This document shows positions 27,719 through 37,273 of a DNA stretch of 64,000 nt, in pieces. Under the pieces are notes generated by a model. That model was not told the origin of the DNA, searched no databases, and saw only the letters and a list, made by a program, of their open reading frames with translations. Origin of the DNA: Planctomycetota bacterium (GTDB lineage: Bacteria > Planctomycetota > B15-G4 > SIAN01); the NCBI GenBank assembly GCA_031409275.1, contig JANNXA010000040.1, positions 32,001 through 96,000 on the forward strand, given 5' to 3'. Each line of letters opens with the position of its first letter. Position 1 is the first letter of the stretch. The position numbers were made by a program, and so were the translations under genes.

Positions 27719-27836
27719 GGTCGTGATCCCGAAGTTCGCGTCACCGATTCGGGGCGCCCGTCGCGCGCGGCTGCGGCGAGCCCGGCACGAAGCGCACCTC
27801 CGACTTCACGCGCAAGCTTCGGGAAGCGGACCCTAG
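27715..27836. repeat. Palindromic MITE-like element 2, CTAG-bounded
   Basis: CTAGGGTC/GACCCTAG, TCCCGAAG/CTTCGGGA and CGCGT/ACGCG nested inverted repeats. Confidence 0.6.
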
Positions 27837-29344
27837 CCGCCGTCCCCCGCTTCGGTCTTGCCGTCGCCGCCGACCCCATCATCGCGCGACTCGACCAGTC
27901 TCCGCAGCCGCGCGCGTTGATCGACCGGCGCATCCTCGACGAGGCGCTGTCGCTGCGCGACCGAGAGCTCGGAGCGCGCCAGCCTGAAGACCGCCGCCTG
28001 CCGCTCGGCGGGGAGATCGAAGAAGCTGTCGCACCCAGCCGGCAGGAAGCGGCGCATCTTGCGCGTCCAGTCGCGACCGGCGTCGTCGACGATTCCAAGC
28101 GCCGCTTGCTGCACGAGCGCCTGGAACTCCGGGTCCTCGCGCAGGATGGCAAGGTCGCCATCCTCGAGCAGCCAGCGATGGTCGCTGAACCCTCCGCGAA
28201 TCGCCTCGCGCAGGTGATCCAACGCCTCCTCGCGCCGCCCCTGGATCGCGCAGATGCAAGCGAGGTTGTAATGCGCGTTCTCGCAGGCGCGCGACTCGGG
28301 GAAGCGGGCCAGCAGCTTCCGGTAACAGCGCTCCGCGGCCGCATAGTCGTCGAACTGCTGGTAGTAGTAACCGGTCTCGAAGAGCAGCCCGCGCAGGAAC
28401 TCGGCGCGCCAGTAGTAGAAGCCGCTGTCGCGGTCGCCACCGAAGTCGATGTCGCGCTGCTGGCTGGGATCGGCGAGGTACGCCTCCATGCAGCGGATCA
28501 TGCGCAGGATCGGCGCGGTGCGCCCGGCCTTCGCCAGCGCGAAACGGACGTAGCGCGACAACTCGAACGCGCGGTGCTCGTAGATCTCGCGCAGTCCCGG
28601 ACCACGCTCCAAGAACTCGCGTCCCATCTCGGCGAGCTCGAGCGGTTCGGGACGGATCAGCCCGGAGAGTTCCGACTCGAGCGTCGGCCGGCGCGTCTCG
28701 TGCAGCGCCATGACCGCGATCTCGCGCAGCACGATGTGGTAGCCGTCGTCGTACGCGATGGCGCGCAGCTCGTCGGGAAGGCGCGGGTGCAGCGGCCAGA
28801 GACCGGCGAATTGCCCATCGTAGAAACCGGGCACGCGCCCCGCCCGCATCCGCTCCGCCAGGGCGTCGCAGGCGACCGAACGCAGCAGCCGATCGAAACG
28901 GGCGCGCAAGCGCGGGTCGTTCTTGCGATCGACCGCCTCCGACAGCGGCGCAAGTTCCGCCGGCATTCGCGCGAGCGCTGCGCCGAGCGATTCAGCAACC
29001 CCCGGATCGGACTCGCGCAGGTACGCCTCGCTCAGCGCCGCAGCGAACGCAGCCTGCGGCTGGCGCGCGAGCAGCTGCGCTGCGGCCCGCCGCACGACGG
29101 GCTCCGGGTCGGCGAGCCAGGCGGCGAGCGTCGCCGATTCGCCGGCCACGGCTTCGCCGAGCGCCGCGAGGGCTGCGACGCGCACGGGCTGATAGGGACT
29201 CGTCAGCTCCGGCAGATGTCGCTGCAGCGCGGCGTCGGACTCGACGAGGCGGACGCGGGGCGCGGCGGGAACTCGCGCGCTGGCGATCGACGGCACGAGG
29301 ATCGCCCATGCAGCGAAGAAGGGCCGCGCGCTGCGCTCAGCCAG
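27833..29344 (-). CDS. HEAT-repeat + TPR protein
   Basis: DPEPVVRRAAAQLL HEAT-like repeats; AHYNLACICAIQGRREEALDHLREAIRGG...DGDLAILREDPEF TPR end. Start uncertain (29296-29344). Confidence 0.7.
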   Translation of the reverse strand: MAERSARPFFAAWAILVPSIASARVPAAPRVRLVESDAALQRHLPELTSPYQPVRVAALAALGEAVAGESATLAAWLADPEPVVRRAAAQLLARQPQAAFAAALSEAYLRESDPGVAESLGAALARMPAELAPLSEAVDRKNDPRLRARFDRLLRSVACDALAERMRAGRVPGFYDGQFAGLWPLHPRLPDELRAIAYDDGYHIVLREIAVMALHETRRPTLESELSGLIRPEPLELAEMGREFLERGPGLREIYEHRAFELSRYVRFALAKAGRTAPILRMIRCMEAYLADPSQQRDIDFGGDRDSGFYYWRAEFLRGLLFETGYYYQQFDDYAAAERCYRKLLARFPESRACENAHYNLACICAIQGRREEALDHLREAIRGGFSDHRWLLEDGDLAILREDPEFQALVQQAALGIVDDAGRDWTRKMRRFLPAGCDSFFDLPAERQAAVFRLARSELSVAQRQRLVEDAPVDQRARLRRLVESRDDGVGGDGKTEAGDGG

Positions 29345-30590
29345 CGACCACCACCCGCGCGAAGCGGCGCTTGCCCGCCTGGACGAGCACCTCGCGCCGG
29401 AGGTCGACCTCGAGCTTGTCGTCCGCCACCACCGCACCATCGAGCTTCACTCCGCGCCCCTCGAGCAGTCGCCGCGCCTCGCCGTTCGAAGCTGCGAAGC
29501 CGATCCGCACCAGGAGCTTCACCACCCAGAGCCTACCGTCGACGAGTTCGGCTGCTGGCAGCGCGACCGTCGGCACATCGTCCGGGACCTGCTTGTCACG
29601 AAACAGGCGATCGAAGCGCGCACGTGCCTCGCTGCCGGCGGCCGCTCCGTGGAGCCAGTCCGTCAGCCGCGCCGCCAGCGCCGCCTTCGCCTCGCGCGGA
29701 TCGCTCGCCGCGAGCGCCCTCCACTCCTCCTCGGCCAGATCGGTGAGCAGGGTGTACCACGTCCCCATCAGCGCGTCGGGGACCGACATCACCTTGCCGA
29801 ACACCTCGTCCGCGGAGAACGCGAGGCCGACGTAGTTGCCGAGGCTCTTGCTCATCTTGTGGACGCCGTCGAGTCCCGGCAACACGTGGGTGGTCATGCA
29901 GATCTGCGAAGCCTGGCCGGCGTCCGACTGGAGGTCGCGCCCGACCAGCAGGTTGAAGAGCTGATCGGTGCCTCCGAGTTCGACGTCGGCGCGCACCTCG
30001 ACCGAGTCCTGCCCCTGCAGCAGCGGGTAGATGAACTCGTGGATGCCGATCGGCAAGCCCTCCTTCATCCGCTTGGTGAAGTTGTCGCGCTCGACCATGC
30101 GCGCGACGGTCATCTTCGAGCACAAACGGATGAAGTCGGCGAACCCCTGGGCGAGGAACCAGTCCGCGTTGTTGCGCACTTCGATCTCGCCGCGGACCTC
30201 TTCGCGGCGAACGACCTTGAAAGCCTGCGCGAGGTAGGTCTTCGCATTCTCCTCGACCTGCTCGCGCGTCAGGGTCGGGCGCGTCTTGTCCTTGCCTGAC
30301 GGGTCGCCGAGCATCGCCGTCGCGCCGCCGACGATGAAGACCGCGTGATGGCCAAGGTCCTGGAACTGGCGCAGCTTGCGCAGCACGACCGCATGGCCGA
30401 GATGGAGGTCGGACGAGGTCGGGTCGAAGCCGAGCTTCACCCGCAGCGGCCGCTGTGCCGCGATCGACGCCCGCAGGCGCTTGCGCAAGTCCTCGGCCTG
30501 CACGCAATCGACGACGCCGCGCAGGAGCAGGGCCGATTGCCTCTCCACTTCGCGCGCGAGCGCTGGATCCACTGCCGTCGGTTCGCTCAT
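29337..30590 (-). CDS. tyrS: Tyrosine--tRNA ligase
   Basis: KLGFDPT..DLHLGH, YPLLQGQD, ELGGTDQLFN, KMSKS, C-terminal S4 domain. Confidence 0.96.
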   Translation of the reverse strand: MSEPTAVDPALAREVERQSALLLRGVVDCVQAEDLRKRLRASIAAQRPLRVKLGFDPTSSDLHLGHAVVLRKLRQFQDLGHHAVFIVGGATAMLGDPSGKDKTRPTLTREQVEENAKTYLAQAFKVVRREEVRGEIEVRNNADWFLAQGFADFIRLCSKMTVARMVERDNFTKRMKEGLPIGIHEFIYPLLQGQDSVEVRADVELGGTDQLFNLLVGRDLQSDAGQASQICMTTHVLPGLDGVHKMSKSLGNYVGLAFSADEVFGKVMSVPDALMGTWYTLLTDLAEEEWRALAASDPREAKAALAARLTDWLHGAAAGSEARARFDRLFRDKQVPDDVPTVALPAAELVDGRLWVVKLLVRIGFAASNGEARRLLEGRGVKLDGAVVADDKLEVDLRREVLVQAGKRRFARVVVAG

Positions 30591-31534
30591 GACCCGCGCC
30601 GCTCCGCCGCCGAGAAGCTCATCCCATCCGCCGATTCCCACCAGCTCCGCCAACGTTCGACCGAATCGCCGTGGCGACGGCCGGTGAGCCACTCGAGCGC
30701 GAGGCAGCGTGCGCGTCGACCGCGAGCGTCGGGTCCTGGCAACGACACCATCAGCGCGTCGACCACCGCGGTGGCGCCCTGCGCTTGCGCTAGGCGCAGC
30801 GAGGCGCCGAGCAGATGCTCCGGGATTCCGTCGAGCGCGCGCGCGAACGGCGTCGCGTCGTCGGCCAGCGCCGCTGCCACCGCCGCCGGCGCATAACGCA
30901 GCGTGGCGGCCGGGAATCGCACGGTCACCACCCGCTCCGGCTCATCGCCACAGCGGATCGCCAGCGAATGCAGCCGCGCCTCGACTTCGGCGATCACCGC
31001 GTCGGCGTCGGCCGGCAGCGCGAGATCGACGCGCACCAACAGCTCGCGGCTGCTGCCGGGCTCGAGGACGAGGTCGTCGAACTCGTCGAAGGAAAGGCTC
31101 TGCTGCAGCGACTGCAGCCCGACGCGCAGCGAGCCGTAGCGCGCGCTCGCCTCGAGGCGCACGCAGGCGCTTTCCTGCGTACGAAACGGCCAGATGCCGC
31201 GTTCGCGGCGCGCGACGAAGGTGACCGGGAGCGCACCATCGTTGCGCAGCACGAGCCGCAATTGCGCTCGCTCGTCGAGCGGCGTCCACGGTGCCGCAGC
31301 CGTCGCCGAGAAGGAAAGTCCGCGCTCGGCGAAGTAGGCCGCGGCGATCGATTGGCGCGGCGAGTGGTCGCCGTCGCCGAGGAACGGATTGGCGTCGAGA
31401 CGCGCCCGTTCCGAATCGGGGTCGCCCCCGGCTCCGTCGGACGGAGCCGGGGACGAACACCCGCACATGGACATGAACACGAACCCTGCGAAGGACCGCA
31501 ACCCCACCCGCCAGCACGAACGGACGTGTGTCAT
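30587..31534 (-). CDS. Hypothetical protein, possible lipoprotein
   Basis: FVFMSMCGCSS lipobox-like; C-terminal LEWLTG...WRSWW; its stop overlaps the tyrS start. Confidence 0.55.
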   Translation of the reverse strand: MTHVRSCWRVGLRSFAGFVFMSMCGCSSPAPSDGAGGDPDSERARLDANPFLGDGDHSPRQSIAAAYFAERGLSFSATAAAPWTPLDERAQLRLVLRNDGALPVTFVARRERGIWPFRTQESACVRLEASARYGSLRVGLQSLQQSLSFDEFDDLVLEPGSSRELLVRVDLALPADADAVIAEVEARLHSLAIRCGDEPERVVTVRFPAATLRYAPAAVAAALADDATPFARALDGIPEHLLGASLRLAQAQGATAVVDALMVSLPGPDARGRRARCLALEWLTGRRHGDSVERWRSWWESADGMSFSAAERRGS

Positions 31535-31563
31535 CGCGATCCTCCGCAGTCGGCGTCACCCGC

Positions 31564-33312
31564 TCAGGCGGATGGCGCCTCCCCTTCCGAAGGAGCTGCC
31601 CCTTCCGAAGCAGCAGCGCCCTCGGCCGGGACTTCGCCTTCGGCCGGCTTGGTCTCGACCGGAATCGGCGCCCGCTCTTCGACCTGGATGAGCGTGAGGC
31701 CGATCTTGCGCTCCTCTGGATCGACCTTGAGGATGCGGACCTGCACCTTGTCGCCGACCCGCACGACCTCTTCGGGGCTGTGCACCTTCTTCGGCCCGAG
31801 CTCGCTGATGTGCAGCAAGCCCTCGAGCCCGTCCTCGAGCTCGACGAACACGCCGAAGTTGGTGCTCTTGGTCACCGCGCCGGAGAGGCAGTCGCCGACC
31901 GAGAAGCGCCGCGGGATCGCGTGCTTCCAGGGATCTTCCTGCAGCTGCTTCAGGCCGAGCGCGACGCGCTTCTTGTCGGCATCGACCGACAGCACGACCG
32001 CGCGCACCGTATCCGCGATCTTGAGCATCTCGGACGGGTGGTTGATCTTCTTGGTCCACGACATGTCGGAGACGTGCAGCAGGCCGTCGATGCCTTCCTC
32101 GAGTTCGATGAAGGCGCCGTAGTTGGTCAGGTTGCGGACCTGGCCCTCGATGACCGTGCCGACCGGGTAGTTGCCCTCGACCATCGACCAAGGGTTCGCC
32201 TCGATCTGCTTCATGCCGAGGCTGATCTCTTGCTTGTTGTGGTTGATGTCGAGCACCACGACCTCGACCTCGTCGCCGATGTTCACCACCTCGGACGGGT
32301 GGTTCACGCGGCGCGTCCACGACATCTCGGAGACGTGCACGAGCCCCTCGACGCCATCTTCGAGCTTGACGAAGGCGCCGTAGGGCATGAGGTTGACCAC
32401 CTGGCCCTTGTGGCGCGAAGCCACCGGGTAGCGGCCCTCGATGCCTTCCCACGGAGAGGGCATCAACTGCTTCAGGCCGAGCGCGATGCGGTTGCGCTCG
32501 CGATCGAAGCGCAGCACCTTGACCTCGATCTCCTGCTCGATCTTCAGCATCTCCGACGGGTGCTGGATGCGGCCCCAGCTCATGTCGGTGATGTGCAGCA
32601 AGCCATCGATGCCGCCGAGGTCGACGAACGCGCCGAAGTCGGCGAGGTTCTTCACCACGCCCTTGCGCACCTGTCCGACCTCGAGCTTGATCAACAGATC
32701 GGTGCGGGCACGCTCACGCTGCTCTTCGATGAGCTTGCGGCGCGAGACGACGATGTTCATGCGCGCTTCGTCGATCTTGATGATCTTGCATTCCATCTCC
32801 TTGCCGATGAACTCGCCGATGTCGCCCGTGCGACGGATCGAGACCTGCGAGGCCGGGAGGAAGACTGGGACGCCGATGTCGACGAGGAGGCCGCCCTTGA
32901 TCTTGCGCGACACGTAGCCCTTGACGACGTCACCCTCCTTGTAGGTGGAGATGACGCGCTCCCAGCCGCGCTGGCGATCCGCCTTGCGCTTGCTGAGGAG
33001 CATGAGCCCGGTGTCGTCCTCGATCAGCTCGAGGAGCACCTCGATCGACTGTCCGGGCTCGAGCTTGCTCGGGTCCTCGAACTCGTCGACCGGGATCACG
33101 CCTTCCGACTTGTAGCCGATGTCGACGACGACCTCGGTTCCGATCACGCGCAGGATCTTGCCCGTGATGATCGTGTCGGCCTGGAAGGTCTTCACCGAGT
33201 CGTCGTAACGCTGGTTCAACACTTCCGTCGACGTCGCGGCCATGGCGCGCGCGACCTCGGCGTTCACTTCATTGGGGTCGGCGTCGAAACGCCGTACCAG
33301 GTCCTTCACCAT
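31564..33312 (-). CDS. rpsA: 30S ribosomal protein S1
   Basis: VVDIGYKSEG, FLPASQV, repeated YGAF/FGAFV...GLLHxSxMSW S1 domains. Confidence 0.97.
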   Translation of the reverse strand: MVKDLVRRFDADPNEVNAEVARAMAATSTEVLNQRYDDSVKTFQADTIITGKILRVIGTEVVVDIGYKSEGVIPVDEFEDPSKLEPGQSIEVLLELIEDDTGLMLLSKRKADRQRGWERVISTYKEGDVVKGYVSRKIKGGLLVDIGVPVFLPASQVSIRRTGDIGEFIGKEMECKIIKIDEARMNIVVSRRKLIEEQRERARTDLLIKLEVGQVRKGVVKNLADFGAFVDLGGIDGLLHITDMSWGRIQHPSEMLKIEQEIEVKVLRFDRERNRIALGLKQLMPSPWEGIEGRYPVASRHKGQVVNLMPYGAFVKLEDGVEGLVHVSEMSWTRRVNHPSEVVNIGDEVEVVVLDINHNKQEISLGMKQIEANPWSMVEGNYPVGTVIEGQVRNLTNYGAFIELEEGIDGLLHVSDMSWTKKINHPSEMLKIADTVRAVVLSVDADKKRVALGLKQLQEDPWKHAIPRRFSVGDCLSGAVTKSTNFGVFVELEDGLEGLLHISELGPKKVHSPEEVVRVGDKVQVRILKVDPEERKIGLTLIQVEERAPIPVETKPAEGEVPAEGAAASEGAAPSEGEAPSA

Positions 33313-33465
33313 TCATTCACCTTCGCCACGCTGCCTCGCGGCGGCGCAGCCCTCGACATTCGCAACGAGAGGTACCGTTCGTACCGAGTCGTTGAGCCTC
33401 CGCGGCGCTGCGCGCTCCGGCCTTCCCGCACGGGAAGAAACACCGGGGCGCGTCGCGGCGCCGCG

Positions 33466-34128
33466 TCAGGGTTCGTCCGTCGGCGCAGCGGCGCCCGCGG
33501 GTGCTTGCGCGCCCGCTGAGTCCGTCCGCGCCCCGAGCGCGCGGAACGCCTGCTCGACGCAGGCGACCGCTTGTCTGCGATCCATCTCGTTCAAGTACAA
33601 CAGCGGGCCGACCCGCAATTCCACGCGGCCGGTCAGCCGCGGCCGCGAACGTCCGCGCGGCCACACCTCGAACGCCCCGTCGATGACCACCGGCAGCACC
33701 GGCACCTGCGCCTGCGCCGCCAACAATGCGAAGCCGGGCGTGAGCCGCTGCAGCGCACCATCGCTGCTGCGCGTCTGCTCGGGGAAGAGCGCGACGGCAT
33801 CGCCGCGCTTCAATCGCTCGATCAGCCGCCGCGTCGCCGCGAGATCGCGGCCATCGCGCTCGACGTGTTCGAGGTCGAGCCATCCGGTCATCAGTCGATA
33901 GAGCCAGCTCTTTCGCAACGTCGCGCGCGGCGTGTACACGAGCGGCCGCGGCAGCGCGCAACCCAGGAGCGGCGGATCGAGCAGCGAGACGTGGTTCGCC
34001 ACCACCACCAGGCCGCCCCGTCGCGGGCACTGCTCCACGCCGACGACCCGCATGCGGTAGCAGAGCTTGAACACGCCGGTGAGCAGCACCTTGAACGCGT
34101 TGTTGACGAGGACGCCGTGCCATTTCAT
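33466..34128 (-). CDS. plsC: 1-acyl-sn-glycerol-3-phosphate acyltransferase family
   Basis: NHVSLLD (HxxxxD), FPEQTRS, VPVLPVVI; ATGA overlap with the cmk stop. Confidence 0.8.
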   Translation of the reverse strand: MKWHGVLVNNAFKVLLTGVFKLCYRMRVVGVEQCPRRGGLVVVANHVSLLDPPLLGCALPRPLVYTPRATLRKSWLYRLMTGWLDLEHVERDGRDLAATRRLIERLKRGDAVALFPEQTRSSDGALQRLTPGFALLAAQAQVPVLPVVIDGAFEVWPRGRSRPRLTGRVELRVGPLLYLNEMDRRQAVACVEQAFRALGARTDSAGAQAPAGAAAPTDEP

Positions 34129-34847
34129 GGAGCGTGCGCGCTCCGGCCTTCGACCGTGCGGCAGATCGAGTCGACCACTTCGTCGAGCGACAGGTGCGTC
34201 GTGTCGAGCACCGTGGCGCCATCCGGAACGCACAGCGGCGCGACCGCGCGCTCGCGATCGATGCGATCGCGCTGCGCCAGGCTTTCCATGGTGGTCGTGA
34301 GCTCGTGCGCATCCTCGGCCTCGCCGACGTGCTGGCGCAGCCGGCGCCGCGCTCGCTCGAGCAGCGACGCGTCCAGATAGAAGCGCCAGCGGGCGTGCGG
34401 GAAGATGTACGAGCCGGCGTCGCGTCCCTCGATCACCACGCCGCCGCACCGCGCCGCTTCCTGCTCGCCCAACTCGCGCTGCCAGGCGACGAGGAGCGCG
34501 CGTACCGATGGGAGCGCCGAGACGGGGCTGACCAGCGCGGTCACTGCCGCGCCGCGCACCTCGTCCGACACGTCCTCGCCATCGAGCCAAACTCGTCCTC
34601 CAGCGCCGACGCGCATGCGCCGGCGGGTCACCCATTGCGCGAGCACCGGAGCGAGCGTCGCTTCACTCACCCGCGCAGCGTCGAGGCCCGCGCGCAGCGC
34701 AGCCAACGTCACCGTGCGATACATCGCGCCCGTGTCGAGGTGGAAGAAACGCAGCCGTTCGGCGACGCGCCGAGCGACCGAGCTCTTTCCCACGCCGGCC
34801 GGGCCGTCGATCGTGAGCAGCTTCGAGCGACCATCCTCTGGTGTCAT
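34125..34847 (-). CDS. cmk: Cytidylate kinase
   Basis: TIDGPAGVGKS, LDTGAMYR, IEGRDAG, RDRIDRERAVAPL. Confidence 0.95.
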   Translation of the reverse strand: MTPEDGRSKLLTIDGPAGVGKSSVARRVAERLRFFHLDTGAMYRTVTLAALRAGLDAARVSEATLAPVLAQWVTRRRMRVGAGGRVWLDGEDVSDEVRGAAVTALVSPVSALPSVRALLVAWQRELGEQEAARCGGVVIEGRDAGSYIFPHARWRFYLDASLLERARRRLRQHVGEAEDAHELTTTMESLAQRDRIDRERAVAPLCVPDGATVLDTTHLSLDEVVDSICRTVEGRSAHAP

Positions 34848-34917
34848 GCGGAAACGGCGGACCATACGCGATGGCCCGGCGGTGGCGCAATCGCCCGGGG
34901 CGCCGCCCGGGAGCGCG

Positions 34918-35709
34918 TCAACCGGCGGAGGCCACGGCGACGGGCAGCGGCTCGAGGGTGCCGTCGGGGCGGCAAATCTCGAGTTCGCCCGCTCGCAGCC
35001 CCGCCCACTCGACGAGGAAGCGCCCGTCGTCGCAGAACGGGGGCAGCACCAGGAGTTCGCCGCCCCCCGGAAAACGGCGCCGCTCGAAGCGATGGACGTG
35101 TCCGCAGATGACTCGGCGGGCGCCCGCCGAAAGGCGTGCGACGACCGCTGCCGGAACGATGCGCACGACGTCCGAAGGCTTGCTCGGCACGACGCGATCG
35201 GAGTAGCGGCGCAACCGCCGCCCCACCGCGAGCGGCAGCGCCGCCGGCAAGCGCCGCGTGAGCCAGCGCACCGGGCCGGACCGCACCACACGCTTCATGA
35301 ACTGGTAGCCGCGATCGTGGGTCAACAGCTGGTCGCCGTGGAGCAGCCGAGTGGGAACGCCCGCAAGTTCGAGATCGAGCTCCTCGCCGACCACCGCGTC
35401 GACGCCCAGCGCCGCCCCATCCTCTTTCGTGAAGTTGTAGTCGCGATTGCCGGGCAAGAAGGTGATCTCGACGCCGGCCGCGCGAGTCGCCCGCAGTGCC
35501 GCGAAGAGCGGCTGGAACTCCGGCACGCTCCGCTCGTCGCCGGTGAGCCAGAGGTCGAAGACGTCCCCTAGCAGGACGAGCCGCGTCGCCCGCTCACGCG
35601 CGAGCGCCAGCAACGCTTCGATCCGCCCCAACCCGGCGCCATCGGCCGGCGTCAGGTGAAGGTCCGCCGCGAGCAGCGTCCGCCATGGTCGTGCGGCCGG
35701 CTGCGTCAC
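34918..35709 (-). CDS. lpxH: UDP-2,3-diacylglucosamine hydrolase
   Basis: ADLHL, LGDVFDLW, GNRD, HGD, GHVH metallophosphoesterase motifs with the LpxH-type GNRD. Confidence 0.8.
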   Translation of the reverse strand: MTQPAARPWRTLLAADLHLTPADGAGLGRIEALLALARERATRLVLLGDVFDLWLTGDERSVPEFQPLFAALRATRAAGVEITFLPGNRDYNFTKEDGAALGVDAVVGEELDLELAGVPTRLLHGDQLLTHDRGYQFMKRVVRSGPVRWLTRRLPAALPLAVGRRLRRYSDRVVPSKPSDVVRIVPAAVVARLSAGARRVICGHVHRFERRRFPGGGELLVLPPFCDDGRFLVEWAGLRAGELEICRPDGTLEPLPVAVASAG

Positions 35710-37097
35710 GCATCCTCCAGACCGTAGTCGCGCAGCTTCTCCCACAGGTTCTTGCGGCTGATGCCGAGGCTCTTCGCAGCTTGCGCGCGGTGGCCGCGAG
35801 TCAGCTTCAGCACGTGCTTCAAGTGCTCCTTCTCGGCGTCTTCGACCACTTCCTTCAGCGTCGGGACATGCGACGAGATGCGGGCGCCCGAGCGGAACTC
35901 GTCGGACGGCGGGATCAGGTGTTCGCGCTTCAGGTGACGCGACTCGCCCGCGAGCGCGATGGCGCGCTCGACCGCGTGGCGCAGCTCGCGCACGTTGCCG
36001 GGCCACGGGTAGCGCAGCAGCTCCTCCATCACCTCGGGCTTCACCTCGTAGGGCCGCCCGCCGCCATGCGCGCGCACGAAGTGGTCGACGAGGACCGGGA
36101 TGTCCTCCGCGCGATCGCACAGGCGCGGCAGCTTGAGCGTCACCACGTTGATGCGGAAGTAGAGGTCCTGCCGGAACTCGCCGGCCTCCACCATTCCACG
36201 CAGGTCCTTCTTGGTCGCGCACAGCAGCCGGATGTCGACGTCGAGCAGCTTCTCCGAGCCGACCCGCTCGATCTTGCGCGTCTCGATCGCGCGCAGCAGC
36301 TTCACCTGCACCTCGAGCTTCAGGTCGTCGATGTCGTCGAGGAAGAGCGTGCCGCCCTGGGCGAGCTCGAAACGGCCGCGCCGCTGCTTCTTCGCGTCGG
36401 TGAACGATCCCGCCTCGTGGCCGAAGAGCTCGGCCTCGATCAGACTCTCCGGCAGCGAAGCGCACGAGAGCGGGATGAAGGGTTGCGCCGCGCGGCCGCT
36501 CGCGTCGTGGATCGCGCGCGCGATCACTTCCTTGCCGGTGCCGCTCTCGCCTTCGATCAACACGCTCGCGTCGCTCTTCGCGACGGTCCGCACCGTGCGC
36601 ACCACCTCCTGCATGACGCGCGAGCGGCCGACGACCGAACCGAATCCCTCGCGCTCGGCACGCTCGCGCAGTCGCGCGTTGTCGTCGGAGAGCGCGCGCA
36701 TCTGCGCGATGCGGGCGACGTGAGCGACGATGTCTTCGTTCAGGAACGGCTTGACCACGTAGTGGTAGGCGCCCGCTCGCAACGCCTCGACCGCCGACTC
36801 GATGGTGCCGAAACCTGTCATGAGGATCACTTCGGTTTCCGGTCGCAGTCGCTTGGCGCGGTCGAGGACCGCAAGGCCGTCCGCCCCGGGCATGCGGATG
36901 TCGCTGACGATCACGTCGAAGACGCGGTGCTCGATCAGCCGCAGCGCCTCGGCGCCATCGGCGATCGCGGTGACGCGATGGCCCGCCGCAACGAGGTCGT
37001 CGGCGAGCGTGACCCGGATCGTCTCCTCGTCGTCGACCAGCAGCACCTCGAGCGCTTCGACGGTAGTGGACGGCGCGGCTGCGTTGGTTCGGCTCAC
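35706..37097 (-). CDS. Sigma54-dependent response regulator (NtrC/AtoC family)
   Basis: Receiver LLVDDE...SDIRMP...KPF; GESGTGKE, ELFGHEAGSFTDA, FRQDLYFRIN, WPGNVREL; Fis HTH. Confidence 0.93.
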   Translation of the reverse strand: MSRTNAAAPSTTVEALEVLLVDDEETIRVTLADDLVAAGHRVTAIADGAEALRLIEHRVFDVIVSDIRMPGADGLAVLDRAKRLRPETEVILMTGFGTIESAVEALRAGAYHYVVKPFLNEDIVAHVARIAQMRALSDDNARLRERAEREGFGSVVGRSRVMQEVVRTVRTVAKSDASVLIEGESGTGKEVIARAIHDASGRAAQPFIPLSCASLPESLIEAELFGHEAGSFTDAKKQRRGRFELAQGGTLFLDDIDDLKLEVQVKLLRAIETRKIERVGSEKLLDVDIRLLCATKKDLRGMVEAGEFRQDLYFRINVVTLKLPRLCDRAEDIPVLVDHFVRAHGGGRPYEVKPEVMEELLRYPWPGNVRELRHAVERAIALAGESRHLKREHLIPPSDEFRSGARISSHVPTLKEVVEDAEKEHLKHVLKLTRGHRAQAAKSLGISRKNLWEKLRDYGLEDA

Positions 37098-37273
37098 GGG
37101 TTCCCTCGGCCGCGCGGTCGCGGAGATCGGTACGACGTCGCCGCCCCCGCGTGCGCGCCGTACGCGCCGCATCATCGAGCCCGAGCGCCGTGTCATCAAG
37201 CGCGGCGATCGCGACGCCCCACGCGAAGTCCATCCCCGCCACCGCGAAGATGCGTACCGGCGACGACGCTCCG

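Noticed and set aside
31564..33312. Internal DNA repeats in rpsA
   Set aside because: Explained by tandem S1 domains.
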